A DNA stretch of 64,000 nucleotides from Pecten maximus. Its lineage: Eukaryota. Numbering within the stretch: the stretch's first letter is position 1; every line of letters starts with the position of its first letter. The stretch covers positions 15,624,001-15,688,000 of the forward strand of contig NC_047028.1 of NCBI RefSeq assembly GCF_902652985.1. The letters run 5' to 3'. Positions 13,791 through 27,600 of this stretch are shown here, in pieces. The notes under the pieces were generated by a model. That model worked only from the letters and a program-made list of their open reading frames with translations. It was not told the origin of the DNA and did no database searches. Made by a program: the position numbers and the translations under genes.

Positions 13791-15135
13791 TTCTATCATA
13801 TCTCTAACTTGCTAAGAATCTCAGTTCTCAAAACATCTGTTTCTACGTCATGAAACACCCTTTAGTATTTTATTTCTCCGAATGTTTTAAAATCTTTCTT
13901 AATTTAAACAATTGTGCCATCTTTCATATAAGATTCCATACAGTTTTTGAATTTATCAATAATCTACCTATGATATAAGATTCCTTACCTTATAAGCCTG
14001 TGAGGTGTCAGTCCACAGACTGAACTGCTTGGCTGATATGTGTGCTGTTTGGCAGACCACGACAGTCAAACCATCATAAAAAAATCATTATCAATAATGT
14101 GTTGCTCGTTTCTTTAAAGCTTATATAGGAAGATATTTTCATAGTATATTCGGTGGGTTTTCCTGCAATGATATCACTGCTGTACAGTGTATATATATAA
14201 ATATATTGATAAGCATGCTTGCCTGGCCGGATTAATTTTCTGTCATTGATTTTTGGTAGCATAGATAGAAACACCATAAAATGACACTACGCTCTAGGAA
14301 AAACTAATTAGCTGTGGTTCTAGTATCAGTCGACTTGATAGTGAGTGTTGTCATGTCGCCATTGTATGGTACACGGACAAAGCCCCCCTAACCTTGCCAT
14401 CGTCACTTACTCCTGTAACACCTGCACTAACGAACACTGATAGGCAAGATGAACAGGTAAAAATAATCAAATCTGTGTGCTCACCTTTACATTTTGCGTA
14501 GAGTGTTGATAAAGCCTGTAGGACACTAGTCTCCCCGAATAACAGTGTGTCATTATTAACAAGCCTCAATGAATAAAAACTGTTCAAAATCTCTTTAGGT
14601 TTCAGTGTGTCCAGCACCTATATATAACACGACTGCCACCACGAGGGTCAGACTGTATACAGAGACACAGGGAAACACATGTAGTCTGGTCTGCTCCTCA
14701 CCGACACACTGAGCCCACGGCCTGCTATACACCGCCACAGCCACGACTTACTCAACCATGCGGTGGTGGTGGTAGCTGTGTCGTTTGTATTCTCAACAAA
14801 AAAGTCCCAAGATTCTAATTTCAATATGGCTTCCCCCACTGTTAGTGTGTGTGTGCGGTCACACATGTGTGATACTGTCTGTGTGTCTGTCAAACCTGGC
14901 CCCAGCTCACCCCGAGAGACTCCTAGGGCTACCATACAGTTATCTGTACAACTTGTAATCACCAACTTTCAATTTACATACACTGCCAGTATAACATATG
15001 GATTACACCACTACTGGGAAAGGGACAGGTATATTTGGATTGATATCAAATAATATTTGGTATTTAATATTTCTATCACCTCGACATGTATTCACCCCTG
15101 GCTATAATCACTGTCTAAAGGAAATGGTCATATTT

Positions 15136-15815
15136 ATAGACAAGTGGGCTTTATAGACAGGTTGAAATCAAAGAAAACTGATTCAGGATCTTATCTAACA
15201 TATGGTCTCTAAGGCAGGTTTGACTGTAGTTATAGACAGGTGGTCTCTAAGGCAGGTTTGACTGTAGTTATAGACAGGTGGTCTCTAAGGCAGGTTTGAC
15301 TATAGTTATAGACAGGTGGTCTCTAAAAACAGGTTTGACTGTAGTTATAGACAGGTGGTCTCTAAGACAGGTTTGACTAGGTTTGACTGTAGTTATAGAC
15401 AGGTGGTCTCTAAGGCAGGTTTGACTGTAGTTATAGACAGGTGATCTCTATGCAAGGTTTGACTGTAGTTATAGACAGGTGGTCTCTAAGGCAGGTTTGA
15501 CTGTAGTTATAGACAGGTGGTCTCTAAGGCAGGTTTGACTGTAGTTATGGACAGGTGGTCTCTAAGGCAGGTTTGACTGTAGTTATAGACAGGTGGGCTT
15601 TATAGACAGGTTGAAATCAAAGAAAACTGATTCAGGATCTTGTCTAACATATGGTTTGTAAGGCTGATTCCACTGTAGTTATAGACAGGTGGTATCTAAG
15701 GCAGGTTTGACTCTAGGTTTGACTTTTGCAGACTAGTTGTCCTTTAGACAGCTTTGACTAGCTATAGACAGGTGGAAGGTACAGAAAGCTTTTCTCTAAA
15801 GCAGTTGGACTGTAC
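15136..15815 (+). repeat. 38-bp minisatellite consisting of the right terminus of a Tigger/pogo-like MITE, with about 450-bp higher-order duplication
   Basis: Unit gacaggtggtctctaaggcaggtttgactgTAgttata. The block gggctttatagacaggttgaaatcaaagaaaactgattcaggatc occurs at about 15146 and 15595. Confidence 0.9.
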
Positions 15816-16650
15816 TTTAACATCAAATTCTAAAATGAATATATAGATTTTCCATTTAGTTTTGCGTTTACTCCATTTAAGCCTAGGTTAAGAGATCATT
15901 AATACCATACTATTCTTTAATAAGATATACAAAGAAAACCTTATTAGAGATTTATCACAATCTTCTAATCTATTTTAAAAGTTAATTGATTTCAAGCAGG
16001 TTTGAATTAAATTTATCATGTATCTTTCTATATCATTATTTCAAATTTCTTTACACAACATGTTGAACTTTGATTGGTTAAGTAAATAGACCTCCTATAG
16101 AATTACCTGGAAACCAGATGAATCACTCGACTTTAACTCACTTTTTGTGATCAAGAATATTTAAATTTAAATTTCTAAAGATATAGTACCTTTTGAAATT
16201 CAAATTAGATGAAAATGAACAGAATATAACAGAGAAAAAAGTGACCCTGACTTTTAAATGTACGATCGAGGGAACCAGATATGTAAATTATTTTTAATTT
16301 TCTGGGAACTGAACTAGATGTACGCAAGGCCAGTGTTATTTTGGATTTCATAATGAAGAGATTTATAGGTTGTTGGTATTGATCGGTCTGTGCTGTTGCT
16401 CCGCCCCTTTGTAGCTTCTTGTGGCCCACAGACAGACTTGTATAAATTGAGCAATGTTGTCCTCTAGAGGAAGTGGGAACTTAACTACACTAAAGTCTTA
16501 TGGCAGAGTATTCCAATAATGAATAAATGTAACTGTAACAACATAATATCTCACCAACATGTCCTAATATACATCCCTTATAGCTATCAGTCTTGTATTA
16601 AAGATTAGTACCCAGCCTATACCTCTATACAAAACGCCTGCTATTAATTA

Positions 16651-16835
16651 AAGGACAACTGTATATAGACCTGTCTACTCAGGGCATGTACTTTAAGGCT
16701 GCCTGTATATAAAGGACATCTGTATATAGACCTGTCTACTAAGGGCATGTACGTTAAGGCTGCCTGTTTATAAAGGACATCTGTATATAGACCTGTCTAC
16801 TAAGGGCATGTACGTTAAGGTTGCCTGTATATAAA
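16651..16835. repeat. 61-bp tandem repeat, 3 copies
   Basis: aaggacatctgtatatagacctgtctactaagggcatgtacgttaaggctgcctgtatata at 16651, 16712, 16773. Confidence 0.9.
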
Positions 16836-17378
16836 GAGTACCTATAGGTTGTCAGGACACTGTACCACATAGAAAATAAAGACCATTAGGGGTTGTATTA
16901 ATCACACAAGTTATTGTCCAGCTAATACACATAGACCACAAACAAGGACACATGTCCTTAACCAGATCAGACTGACCAGAATCACCAGTGTGTAGCAGTT
17001 GGGTCATGCCTGTTCTGATACTTGTTGAGTTTAATTTGGGAGTTGGTAACTGGAGCGTGGGATGAGGGTAGGGGGTTTATATGTAAGATGAGGGAATTAA
17101 TGAGGGGTGGGGGGATGGTTGATGATACCATGACCAAGCTTAAAGCCCCAACATCCATAAATCTTCATCTTTCTGGAATGTGTCCATCAACAGATGTCAG
17201 TTTTGTCTCCTCCCTGACCACTATTACTAGCCACAGTCCTCTAGCTTCTCCAGATGACAAGCATGAGTTTGCTCCCTTTTAGCTTTATGACCTGGCTATA
17301 TTGTCCCCTGGGGATCACTGAGTTAACATAAAAGGGGTTGTGTGTCAACAGTCTTATCATTTTCAATATCCTGTCCCC

Positions 17379-17756
17379 AGACCACAGGGAGGGATACCAT
17401 ACACCATCTTCCTCATACAGGAGTAAAACCTCATCTGACCACAGGGAGGGATACTATATGTCACCTTCCTCATACAGGAGTAAAACCTCATCTGACCACA
17501 GGGAGGGATACTATACACCACCTTCCTCATACAGGAGTAAAACCTCATCTGACCACAGGGAGGGATACTATACACCATCTATCTCATACAGAAGTAAAAC
17601 CTCATCTGACCACAGGGAGGGATACTATACGTCACCTTCCTCATACAGGAGTAAAACCTCATCTGACCACAGGGAGGGATACTATACACCACCTTCCTCA
17701 TACAGGAGTAAAACCTCATCTGACCACAGGGAGGGATACTATACGTCATCTTCCTA
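17379..17756. repeat. Minisatellite, 57-bp unit, about 6.5 copies
   Basis: gaccacagggagggatactatacaccaccttcctcatacaggagtaaaacctcatct; unit is a multiple of 3, which explains the repetitive ORFs. Confidence 0.95.
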
Positions 17757-20072
17757 ATACAGCAGCGTCACCTTACCTAATATAAGAGTAAAACTCACCT
17801 GATCACAGGGATTAACACCAGTTATGAACCATTTGAATTTGATAGACTTGCGTTAGTGAGTCAAGCATGATCAGCATAAAATTCTGTGTTAATTTCCTGT
17901 GTGTGCTCAACAGAAACAAGGCTTTGAAAGGTTTAGATTTCTACCAAAAAATCTTCTGTTGTCAAGATTTAATGAGTGGGTGTTCAAAAATGACATGTCT
18001 GATTCGTTAACTAAAACTAAGTGATAGCAAACAATCTCATACAGGATACAAGAATTTTTTTTACCTGGAGACAGATGACACATTGATAAGTAGTTCTTTG
18101 TCAGGGGACAGAAACTACCAAGAAACTTTTAAAACATACTGTGTATATAACCACAGATCTAGAAGTCGCGCCATATCGGTGTTTACTTTTGGAAAGTGAG
18201 ATTTTCTGCACATGCTTTAACACTACCTGTCTAGGTATGCACAGGTAACACCAACAGGTACAACGCACCTGTATAACACACCTGTATAACACACCTTTAT
18301 CTTCAGGTGAACCAACCTGGTTTGAATTTTCTCTTTACAAGAGAGAAGTAATGGCCAATCATAAAGTTAAAGAAAATCTCTTTAAAACAATAGAAGTGTT
18401 TCTATTGGAAATCCCAGCTGGAGTTGATGAGGATAAATCTGAAAAACAACTATTTTTTTTAAGATCGAGGATCACTTTCCAATGAGGAAATATATGTCGG
18501 TGGCCCAAATGACTTTGAAAACATTACTTATTAAATTGCAGTTTACAGATTTAAACCAGTAAATTGACAGCTGATTAGTGATATATTCTATAATGTTAAA
18601 AAGCTAAGAAGTTTCTAAATATTATAAATGAATCATCTGAGGTTACATATGATGGCTATTTTGTAATTGTTCAAGTTTCCTTTGACTATTACCATATTTT
18701 ATCTCATATAAGTATGACTGTATCTATAACACACACCTCAGAGTTTTCACATGGAAATTTGTCACGGTAAGAATTTTTTTAGCAAACCTGCCTTGTGTTT
18801 TTTAAGCACAAATTATACTTATTCTGGTACAGTATCACTTTTTCAGAAACATAATGGAATTTAAAAAAATAGCAACAAAAATGTAAATTTGTAAGACTTG
18901 CTGTTTCGTATATCTTAAGATTTTTAAAATTTTCAAATGGATTTTACTTAATCAGTATTAAAATCTCTACAACAATAGGACAATACCAATTTCAAAGTTA
19001 AATTATCTTAATTTTTTTAAAGAGTTATCAGAGGTCTCCTCCTCATGAGGAATATATATCATCTGAGAACTGAAAGACAGAAAAGAACGTAGATTTTTAG
19101 GAGATTATAATGGAGTGATATGTAGCGAGTGATTACAACCCAACAGACCATGTGTGGATCAACATTTTAACATCGTCATACAAAACATTAAAACAAAATC
19201 GAACACTCGATAACGGCGTGAAATAGATTACACGTGAGGTTTCTTATAAAACTGACAGGAGGCTGTCAGAACTATGGATAAGTTCTACGGACTTAAAATC
19301 CACACAGCGACATACTGCCGATTAAATATGTATGGACCCGCTGATATACAATCATGTGACTGAAAATACGGCACAAAACACAAATGATCTGATCGTATCT
19401 CAGACTACAGTTTGATTGGGTTGGTAGGAGGAAGTTCTGGGTGATTGGGATACGACTTGGATCACACAGAGAAACATATATACTATATATATATAGGTGC
19501 TACATAATATGTAAATGAGGAATATGTAGAATTGATGCTGGAAATATCAGCTGTCATTTTATACTATCAGTGAAAACTGGGCCACCAGTTTTACAAATTT
19601 TCATCATCCATGGCAACTAGTGAGAGAACAGTTAAGTTTTTTCCTACCACTGATAATGTTTGTATGTTGGGATCTATAAACTAATGTACAGTGTTAATAT
19701 GATTTTGGGTTCACAGCTTCTACTATACAAGTGTGTAAACGATAGAATTTTATAACATTTTTTTTTTTTTCAATTGACATTCAGCTAGCTGTTATACACC
19801 GACCAGACCAGGACTTGGTGTTTAGCTCAGTCAGGATCTGCTATAGGTTGCCTCTATAAAAACCCCGAGTCGAAATGTCCATATCTTTCCTACTAATACA
19901 CCTTGTTAGGATAATGAATTGGGAAACCCCCTATCCCCGATCCCTATGCTTCAATTGGCATGTACAACGTAAATTTCTGTGGAATCTGGTAGAAGCTCAT
20001 ACAACTGTTTTCCCTATATCCCATTCTGTCCCCTCCCATTACAGGTAAATCAGGGACATGTAAGTAACTTAC

Positions 20073-20136
20073 CTGCACAGTGACCTCCATGTTGAAGATG
20101 TGTGTAAACTTACTCCATGATAGCACTGACCAGTGT
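20073..20136 (-). other. Candidate 64-nt alternative exon
   Basis: Acceptor atttgttgtcctatatctgtttag|ACACTG and consensus donor GTGCAG|gtaagt; contains caacATGG (MEVTVQ|). Confidence 0.35.
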
Positions 20137-20494
20137 CTAAACAGATATAGGACAACAAATCATGGCTGGACACTTGTCTATACCCCACAAGGACAGAATG
20201 GACTGATCCATTTCCTCAGTGGGTCAGCCTATCTCTCCATTGTGGGAGATGAAAGGTTTATTATTTCCGCTATCACAGGTCAGTTCAAATGTGACCGAAG
20301 GTCAAAAATAGACACTAAAATATGGCAATCTGACTGATAACCTTAACTAATACCCTACAGGTATTTCCTCATATTATGTGTGAATCTTCCTACAGTTACC
20401 TCCCCTTGGATTATACATTATCTCCAGGTGCAAATATGTGGCTTGGTACATAATCCATACCATGATACTTTAGTAAAGGACAAGAGACAGAATC

Positions 20495-22163
20495 AGCAGA
20501 TATACAGGTACCTTGGAAAAGGTGTCAGTATCTACAGGTACCATGGAAAGGTGTCAGAATATACAGGTACCATGGAAAGGTGTCAGAATATACAGGTACC
20601 TTGGGAGAGGTGTCAGAATCTACAGGTACCAAGGAAAAGGTGTCAGAATCTACAGGTACCAAGGAAAGGTGTCAGAATCTACAGGTACCATGGAAAGGTG
20701 TCAGAATATACAGGTACCAAGGAAAAGGTGTCAGAATCTACAGGTACCTTGGAAAAGGTGTCAGAATCTACAGGTACCATGGAAAGGTGTCAGAATCTAC
20801 AGGTACCTTGGAAAAGGTGTCAGAATATACAGGTACCAAGGAAAAGGTGTCAGAATCTACAGGTACCAAGGAAAAGGTGTCAGAATCTACAGGTACCTAT
20901 GGAAAAGGTGTCAGAATCTACAGGTACCATGGAAAGGTGTCAGAATCTACAGGTACCATGGAAAGGTGTCAGAATATACAGGTACCATGGAAAGGTGTCA
21001 GAATATACAGGTACCAAGGAAAAGGTGTCAGAATATACAAGTACCTTGGGAGAGGTGTCAGAATCTACAGGTACCAAGGAAAAGGTGTCAGAATATACAG
21101 GTACCAAGGAAAAGGTGTCAGAATATACAGGTACCAAGGAAAAGGTGTCAGAATATACAGGTACCAAGGAAAAGGTGTCAGAATCTACAGGTACCAAGGA
21201 AAAGGGTTCAGAATCTACAGGTACTATGGAAAGGTGTCAGAATCTACAGGTACCATGGAAAGGTGTCAGAATATACAGGTACCAAGGAAAAGGTGTCAGA
21301 ATATACAGGTACCAAGGAAAAGGTGTCAGAATCTACAGGTACCATGGAAAGGTGTCAGAATCTACAGGTACCATGGAAAGGTGTCAGAATATACAGGTAC
21401 CATGGAAAGGTGTCAGAATCTACAGGTACCAAGGAAAAGGTGTCAGAATCTCCAAGGAAAAGGTGTCAGAATCTACAGGTACCAATGAAAAGGTGTCAGA
21501 ATCTACAGGTACCAAGGAAAAGGTGTCAGAATCTACAGGTACCAAGGAAAAGGGTTCAGAATCTACAGGTACCAAGGAAAATGTGTCAGAATCTACAGGT
21601 ACCAAGGAAAAGGTGTCAGAATCTACAGGTACCAAGGAAAAGGGTTCAGAATCTACAGGTACCAAGGAAAATGTGTCAGAATCTACAGGTACCAATGAAA
21701 AGGTGTCAGAATCTACAAGTACCTTGGGAGAGGTGTCAGAATCTATAGGTATCTTGGGAGAGGTATCAGAATCTAGAAGTACCTTGGGAGAGGTGTCAGA
21801 ATCTATAGGTACCTTGGGAGAGGTGTCAGAATCTACAGGTACCAATGAAAAGGTGTCAGAATCTACAAGTACCTTGGGAGAGGTGTCAGAATCTATAGGT
21901 ATCTTGGGAGAGGTATCAGAATCTAGAAGTACCTTGGGAGAGGTGTCAGAATCTATAGGTACCTTGGGAGAGGTGTCAGAATCTACAGGTACCTTGGGAG
22001 AGGTGTCAGAATCTATAGGTACCTTGGGAGAGGTGTCAGAATCTACAGGTACCTTGGGAGAGGTGTCAGAATCTATAGGTACCTTGGGAGAGGTGTCAGA
22101 ATCTACAGGTACCAATGAAAAGGTGTCAGAATCTACAAGTACCTTGGGAGAGGTGTCAGAATC
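20495..22163. repeat. Minisatellite, 29-31 bp unit, about 55 copies, with 90- and 150-bp higher-order blocks
   Basis: Unit aggtgtcagaatctacaggtaccaaggaaa; strict 30-bp period after about 21452; 150-bp block repeated at 21691 and 21841. Confidence 0.97.
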
Positions 22164-24169
22164 AACTACCGTAATATATAAGTACCAACTAAATCAGTGA
22201 GACTCTCCCTTACAGTTCGCTACAGTTCTTAATGATAAACCATTTAATACAAATGTTTTCTTTTGTCCCTTGTCCATCCATCAGGAGACACTTTAGGATT
22301 CAACTCAAGCAGAACAAAAAGCTGAGAGGGGGAGGGAAGTATATCGTGGAAAATGATGGATGGTTGAGTCAGTCTATCCATCAAAAAAGAATTTTTTACA
22401 CCTAAAACAATTAGATAAACTTTCAAAGTATTTTTTTAAAAACATGTATTTCATGTTTCCTTAAGACAAGATAACCTTAACTGCTCCCTATCAATTTTAA
22501 TAGGACATTAATCAACGATCTGGAATAGCCCTGTCGCCTTCACAGTAGACATTACATCATCCAGGATCCCATAACTGCCCAACTGTACATCTTGTCACAG
22601 ACAGTCTGATATACTAGATTAACAGTTATCATTACACAACTTAATTCTTTCTGGAGTTTAATCCTTTTTGTTTGTAATTTTTTTTACTAACAATCATTTC
22701 TGATAATCAGCTCAATTGCATTTACAAAAAATCTAAGCTGCCGTGACTGGTAGTAGCCTGCTGATGACAGGAAGAACTCCAGAATACCTGGTAAGCTTTA
22801 GCTAAACAAAAAAGAATATTTTAAAAAGGAGATTTTAGGAACACTCTGTAATTTTAAAACCATATCTGTTTTTCCTGTTTTTAAATAGTAATTTTTGATT
22901 CAAATACGAGTAATTTTAATGTCTGAATTTCAATATTTTAACATATACACAGTGAACATTTTACATTTGATTGCTGTCAATCTAACCAATCTTTAAATCC
23001 CTGAGTTCTGACTGTGACCTTCGATCCTAAATAAATTGTATATAAATGTCATAAGCTAATGTATGTGGGAGTCAAAAAGTATAACTTAAAGTCTTAACAA
23101 TAATACAAAACAATAAAAATACTTCACCCGAAAAATATATGTAGAAAACCATAAATAACTCATGTAAATTTAAGGACGATATCTCTTCCGATGTACATCT
23201 TGTATGTATATTAAAGTACTAGTACATAACAGCGTGAGAGGACCTGTGATGTTTACCAGGTAATGAACGTCACTGATGGCTGGATATGGATGGAGTGGCC
23301 CAAGACAAAACAAAAACTTACATCTAGCTAAGAAACATGACAGTTTGACATGCAATCATCAATAGATACATTGATACAGGCAATAATAAAATAGGACTTC
23401 CTACTAGCCTGCTTGACACATCAGAAATTAGTCCATTGATTAGAAACACCTGTATTTTCAGGTGAACATAAACAAAGTTCAAACTTATTCCTTTGTTTGA
23501 ACGATGTCCGAGAAATTTATTTTAAGATTATCAAAAAATTATAGAATTTGAAAATGCCAGGGTTGACGAGCCTGGAATGATGTTTATAACACTAGATTAT
23601 AGATTTGGTGATAAATTACGTTGGAACTGTAGATCCATACACTCGACAAGCCATAGGGTACAGAAAGAATGATGTATTACCTGGGATACCTGAACGATAT
23701 CCTACGGTATCCGTCCCGCATTTACATACATCCAGGACCAGCATGTAGTGTCAAAGACTTTCCCAATTATAGTGCACAGTGCCAGTCTGGTGTTTAATAT
23801 ATAGTAGTTAACTGTATTTAAAACAGCCAGGATCTAAAAAAAAATTGTGACCAGTTTTGTGTATACAAATGTAACGATGAGTGTTCTTATGTACCACAAT
23901 AGTGACACATTCTTACTCATATCTACACCACTCATTATTGTAGATTAGAACACAATGGACAATACCGCTACTGTTAACACCAGCTATTGTATCACCCAAA
24001 ACAAAGCAGCCCTTTACCTACAACTTACACAAGTCCCACCACCAGTAGCCAACAACAGTGTTTAAAAGTACTTCAAACTCAGGTAACACCAAAACATTCA
24101 CACCACATGGCGCAGTGCGGTGCCGTGTAGTGCAGTAATGCACTAAAGAGTACATGTAACCATCATCTC

Positions 24170-24680
24170 AGTTAAGTCTGATACTCAGTCTGACCATCTC
24201 AGTTTGACCCAGACATAGTCTAATCAAGACCCTTATTTTATCTTTACTAGCTAATTTTTGTCCAATTCAGACCAGTCTTGGGTCGATCTATATATCTGAT
24301 TTTAGTCAAACCCAGACCAGTGTAGTCTGATCCAAGTGAAATCTTATACAGATAGTCTAAACTATCCCAGACCAATCCTTATCATCAAGGTTATAGTCAA
24401 ACCCAGACCAGTGTAGTCTGATCCAAGTGAAATCTAATACTGATAGTCTAAACTATCCCAGACCAATCCTTATCATCGAGGTTATAGTCAAACCCAATGT
24501 AGACCTGATTCAGTGTAGTCCAGATCTAGACCTGTCACTTCAGACGAATTCAGACCATGTTGTTCAGTTTATCAGGGACAACAAAATCGGAGATTCAGAC
24601 CATGTTGTTCAGCTTATCAGGGACAACAAAATCCAAACCAATCAAAGATAATATATGATAATTCTAGCCAAGCCCAGACC
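24170..24680. repeat. Degenerate CAGACC-rich repeat with about 91-bp and 45-bp duplications
   Basis: tagtcaaacccagaccagtgtagtctgatccaagtgaaatct twice; attcagaccatgttgttcag...gggacaacaaaatc twice. Confidence 0.75.
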
Positions 24681-27600
24681 AACATTTGCACATACTGCAG
24701 GTGAACATTAAAGAATCTATTTATAGACATGATGTAATGATGTGACTGTGGCGCCCTCTGTTACTAGGTTCAGAACAGTAGTTATTGTTGTACCAATATG
24801 ATGACGGAACCGCAATAACACCCCATGTGTACTGTAAGTATTCACAGAATGCTGACCCTTCTCACACTGTCGATTCACATTATAAACATGTTTCTGGTGC
24901 AAACTCTGTATATTTATTGACTCAACAAACCTTGTAGCACTCAAGTTCCGGTATTTCAAAAACATCATCAAAGGAAAAAATGTATGGAAACTTGCAGCAA
25001 TCACATTTAAGAAAAAAACGAATTAAAATATCTGTGTTAAGAGGAGAAGTAAAGAAGAAAGAGAGACCTGTGTTCATTAGATCTGTCAGTAAAGGTTCAG
25101 TATCTGACGCAATGACAGTCAGATCACTATGGATGGTTCAGCTTGTATATACAGGGAACCCATCAAGGAAGCAATATCTAATAAAACACTAATTAATCAC
25201 CACAGACAGACCCTCCCAAGTTTGAACTTAAAGGGACTATAATAGTAAAAATCACTGTTGGAAAGTATTATCAAGTATAATTTTTCCCCTTAATTACAAA
25301 AATTAAAAGTGTCCACAACTTGGTTTTGTTAATACCGAAATCAGTGAAAACAGAAACATCACTATTAGGTAGGTCCTTCAAGAGTGCATGTGTTACCGCT
25401 CGAAAGCAGAACATTGAGCAGACTCGTTACTGACATGCAGCCACGTGACTCCATTTGGCTTTCTCTGTGTAGCATTCTTTACAAACAACAGTGTTTTAAA
25501 ACTTTTAAACATATAATCATAGAATATTTTTTGTAGTACGCTCGCACATCGCTATATTTTAAACCTATTTGCATGAAGAAATCACCATTTAGTTTGTATG
25601 AAATCTACAGTTATCATTACTTTAAACAATCTATTTCTCGGACAATTAACAATGAAACATTAAAATATTTAAAATGTTCTTAGGATGGAAGGGAAGACAG
25701 CCTAAGTCTGGTCTTTATCTAGTCACCAAGGATATCATTGTCCTGGTTGTCCCACTATTCTTACTTATGAGTAGTCAAAATAATCAAATATACAGTACTT
25801 TCATAATTTGGTAGGGTTATCTCCCCTTAAATGCCATACTTTACGCTGTCTTTAAATTTCAACAAAAATAACTAATCAAATGATTACACTGAAAGAGAAG
25901 AAGTATCCTTCCAAAACTGGAGGTTGACAAATATGTGAAGTAAAACAATTGTCGATTTTGATAAAAAAATTACAAATATAGTCAACTTACAAAGGCTACT
26001 CAAGGGAGCAGGGAAAGTGGTCCATATAGGCAGGTGTTCTTTATGCAGAGGTTCACGAAGAGATAATTTGTTAGACTGGACCGAAATCATATGTCTTTAA
26101 CTATATACAAGTCCATATTACTTTTAGAAAGCATTAAGGGTGAATTGGACTGCGGTTGTTTTGCTGGTACTACCAACAAAAATGAAAACTCTAAACCACT
26201 CATCACATACCCAGTACATGTATTTATCAATAAACATATCATAAGTCATAATTGACTTCTGGGAAGTGATAAGGCTTAAATAGAATATTCCCATCATTAA
26301 GGAGTAACTGTTGTAAACTTGGGTGGCCACAGTCCGGGTCAGTGGCACTCTTTCTTCTCCCTAGCCAGGAGAAGGGCATGCAAGCATGCAATCAACAGGA
26401 ATGGAATACTTTCTTCCATTCTCTATTAGAATTAAACATACTGAGGACTTGGTTTGCAATAAAAGCTGATACCTATTTTAAAAGGTGTCTACATCTGCAA
26501 AAGTAAATAGCGATATATATCTACTTACAGTCATATACCTCCTTAATACTATATTCATATTTAAATATTTAAAATCCATTTTTCCAGAAATACATTCGGA
26601 AATCTAATTGACTTTGAGTTAAGAACATAATTGGATAGAAACCTGCAGACCTGCATCGGATTCCAAGGATAAAGAAAGTGCTTGGAAATGAAAATACATG
26701 AATATTTTGTGAAAAACCATTACAGAAATATGCGCCTGACTGTACTTTGGCTTGGAATCCCAGGAACAGCGTTAGAGTGCAGAAAGACGTGTCAACAACA
26801 TATCTAGATGCCAAGGAAAGGGCGTAGAGAGAGCCAACAAATGGAAACGTAATTAAATTTTAGTGGAAATCAAATTTCTGAAAATGTTATGTGATTATTA
26901 GGGCGATGTAGTTTCCAGGAATAACATACTGAAAATGTCTATAATTATATTTCACTCATTTTCCAACCAATAAAACAGATTCAGAATTAATATCGCTAAT
27001 AGTATTTTGTCAGTGTTGTAATGAAATACATTTCTATGAACAAACTGTTTTGATAGTTTTCATTGAAAACTAAACGTTATGATATCTGAACTATTAATAT
27101 TACGTAACATCGACAGAAAGATATTTCCAGGATCCATTATATTTCGTTCATAATTTTAACTCAAATCAATATCGCAGTCGGAGATATTTATCATATCCGA
27201 TTTTATTAAGACACTGAGATATCTCACACAAGACACTTCCTACTGAATTACTTGACACTTCTCATTATAATAGTGCTACAAAATTACAATAGACTTTTTT
27301 AATGAAAAAATATGTTCAAAACAAAAAGCCTGCGATTCTAATTTGAAACAAACATCCATGTACATGAACTATAAAATACTTGCACACTGTGTATATCAAT
27401 GTATATTAAGAAAGATATATTTTTCTTTTTGAATTTTTTTTTACTGTAATGTATTAAGAATATAACACTACATCATTAGATCAGATCAAACTCCGGAGCA
27501 TGCCGTTATGCATTCTATCTGTAAATATCTGACTAAGAACTTAAAACGAACGTGTGATATGGAATTTTTTTCCAACTGAAAATTATAAAATTAAATGTAT

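Noticed and set aside
17338-17785. 139-aa and 147-aa repetitive ORFs
   Set aside because: 57-bp unit open in several frames; no convincing splice or start context
20380-22200. 606-aa, 411-aa and 302-aa ORFs
   Set aside because: All three plus frames are open only because the repeat unit lacks stops, and the peptide motif shifts at every 29-bp unit; not called as CDS
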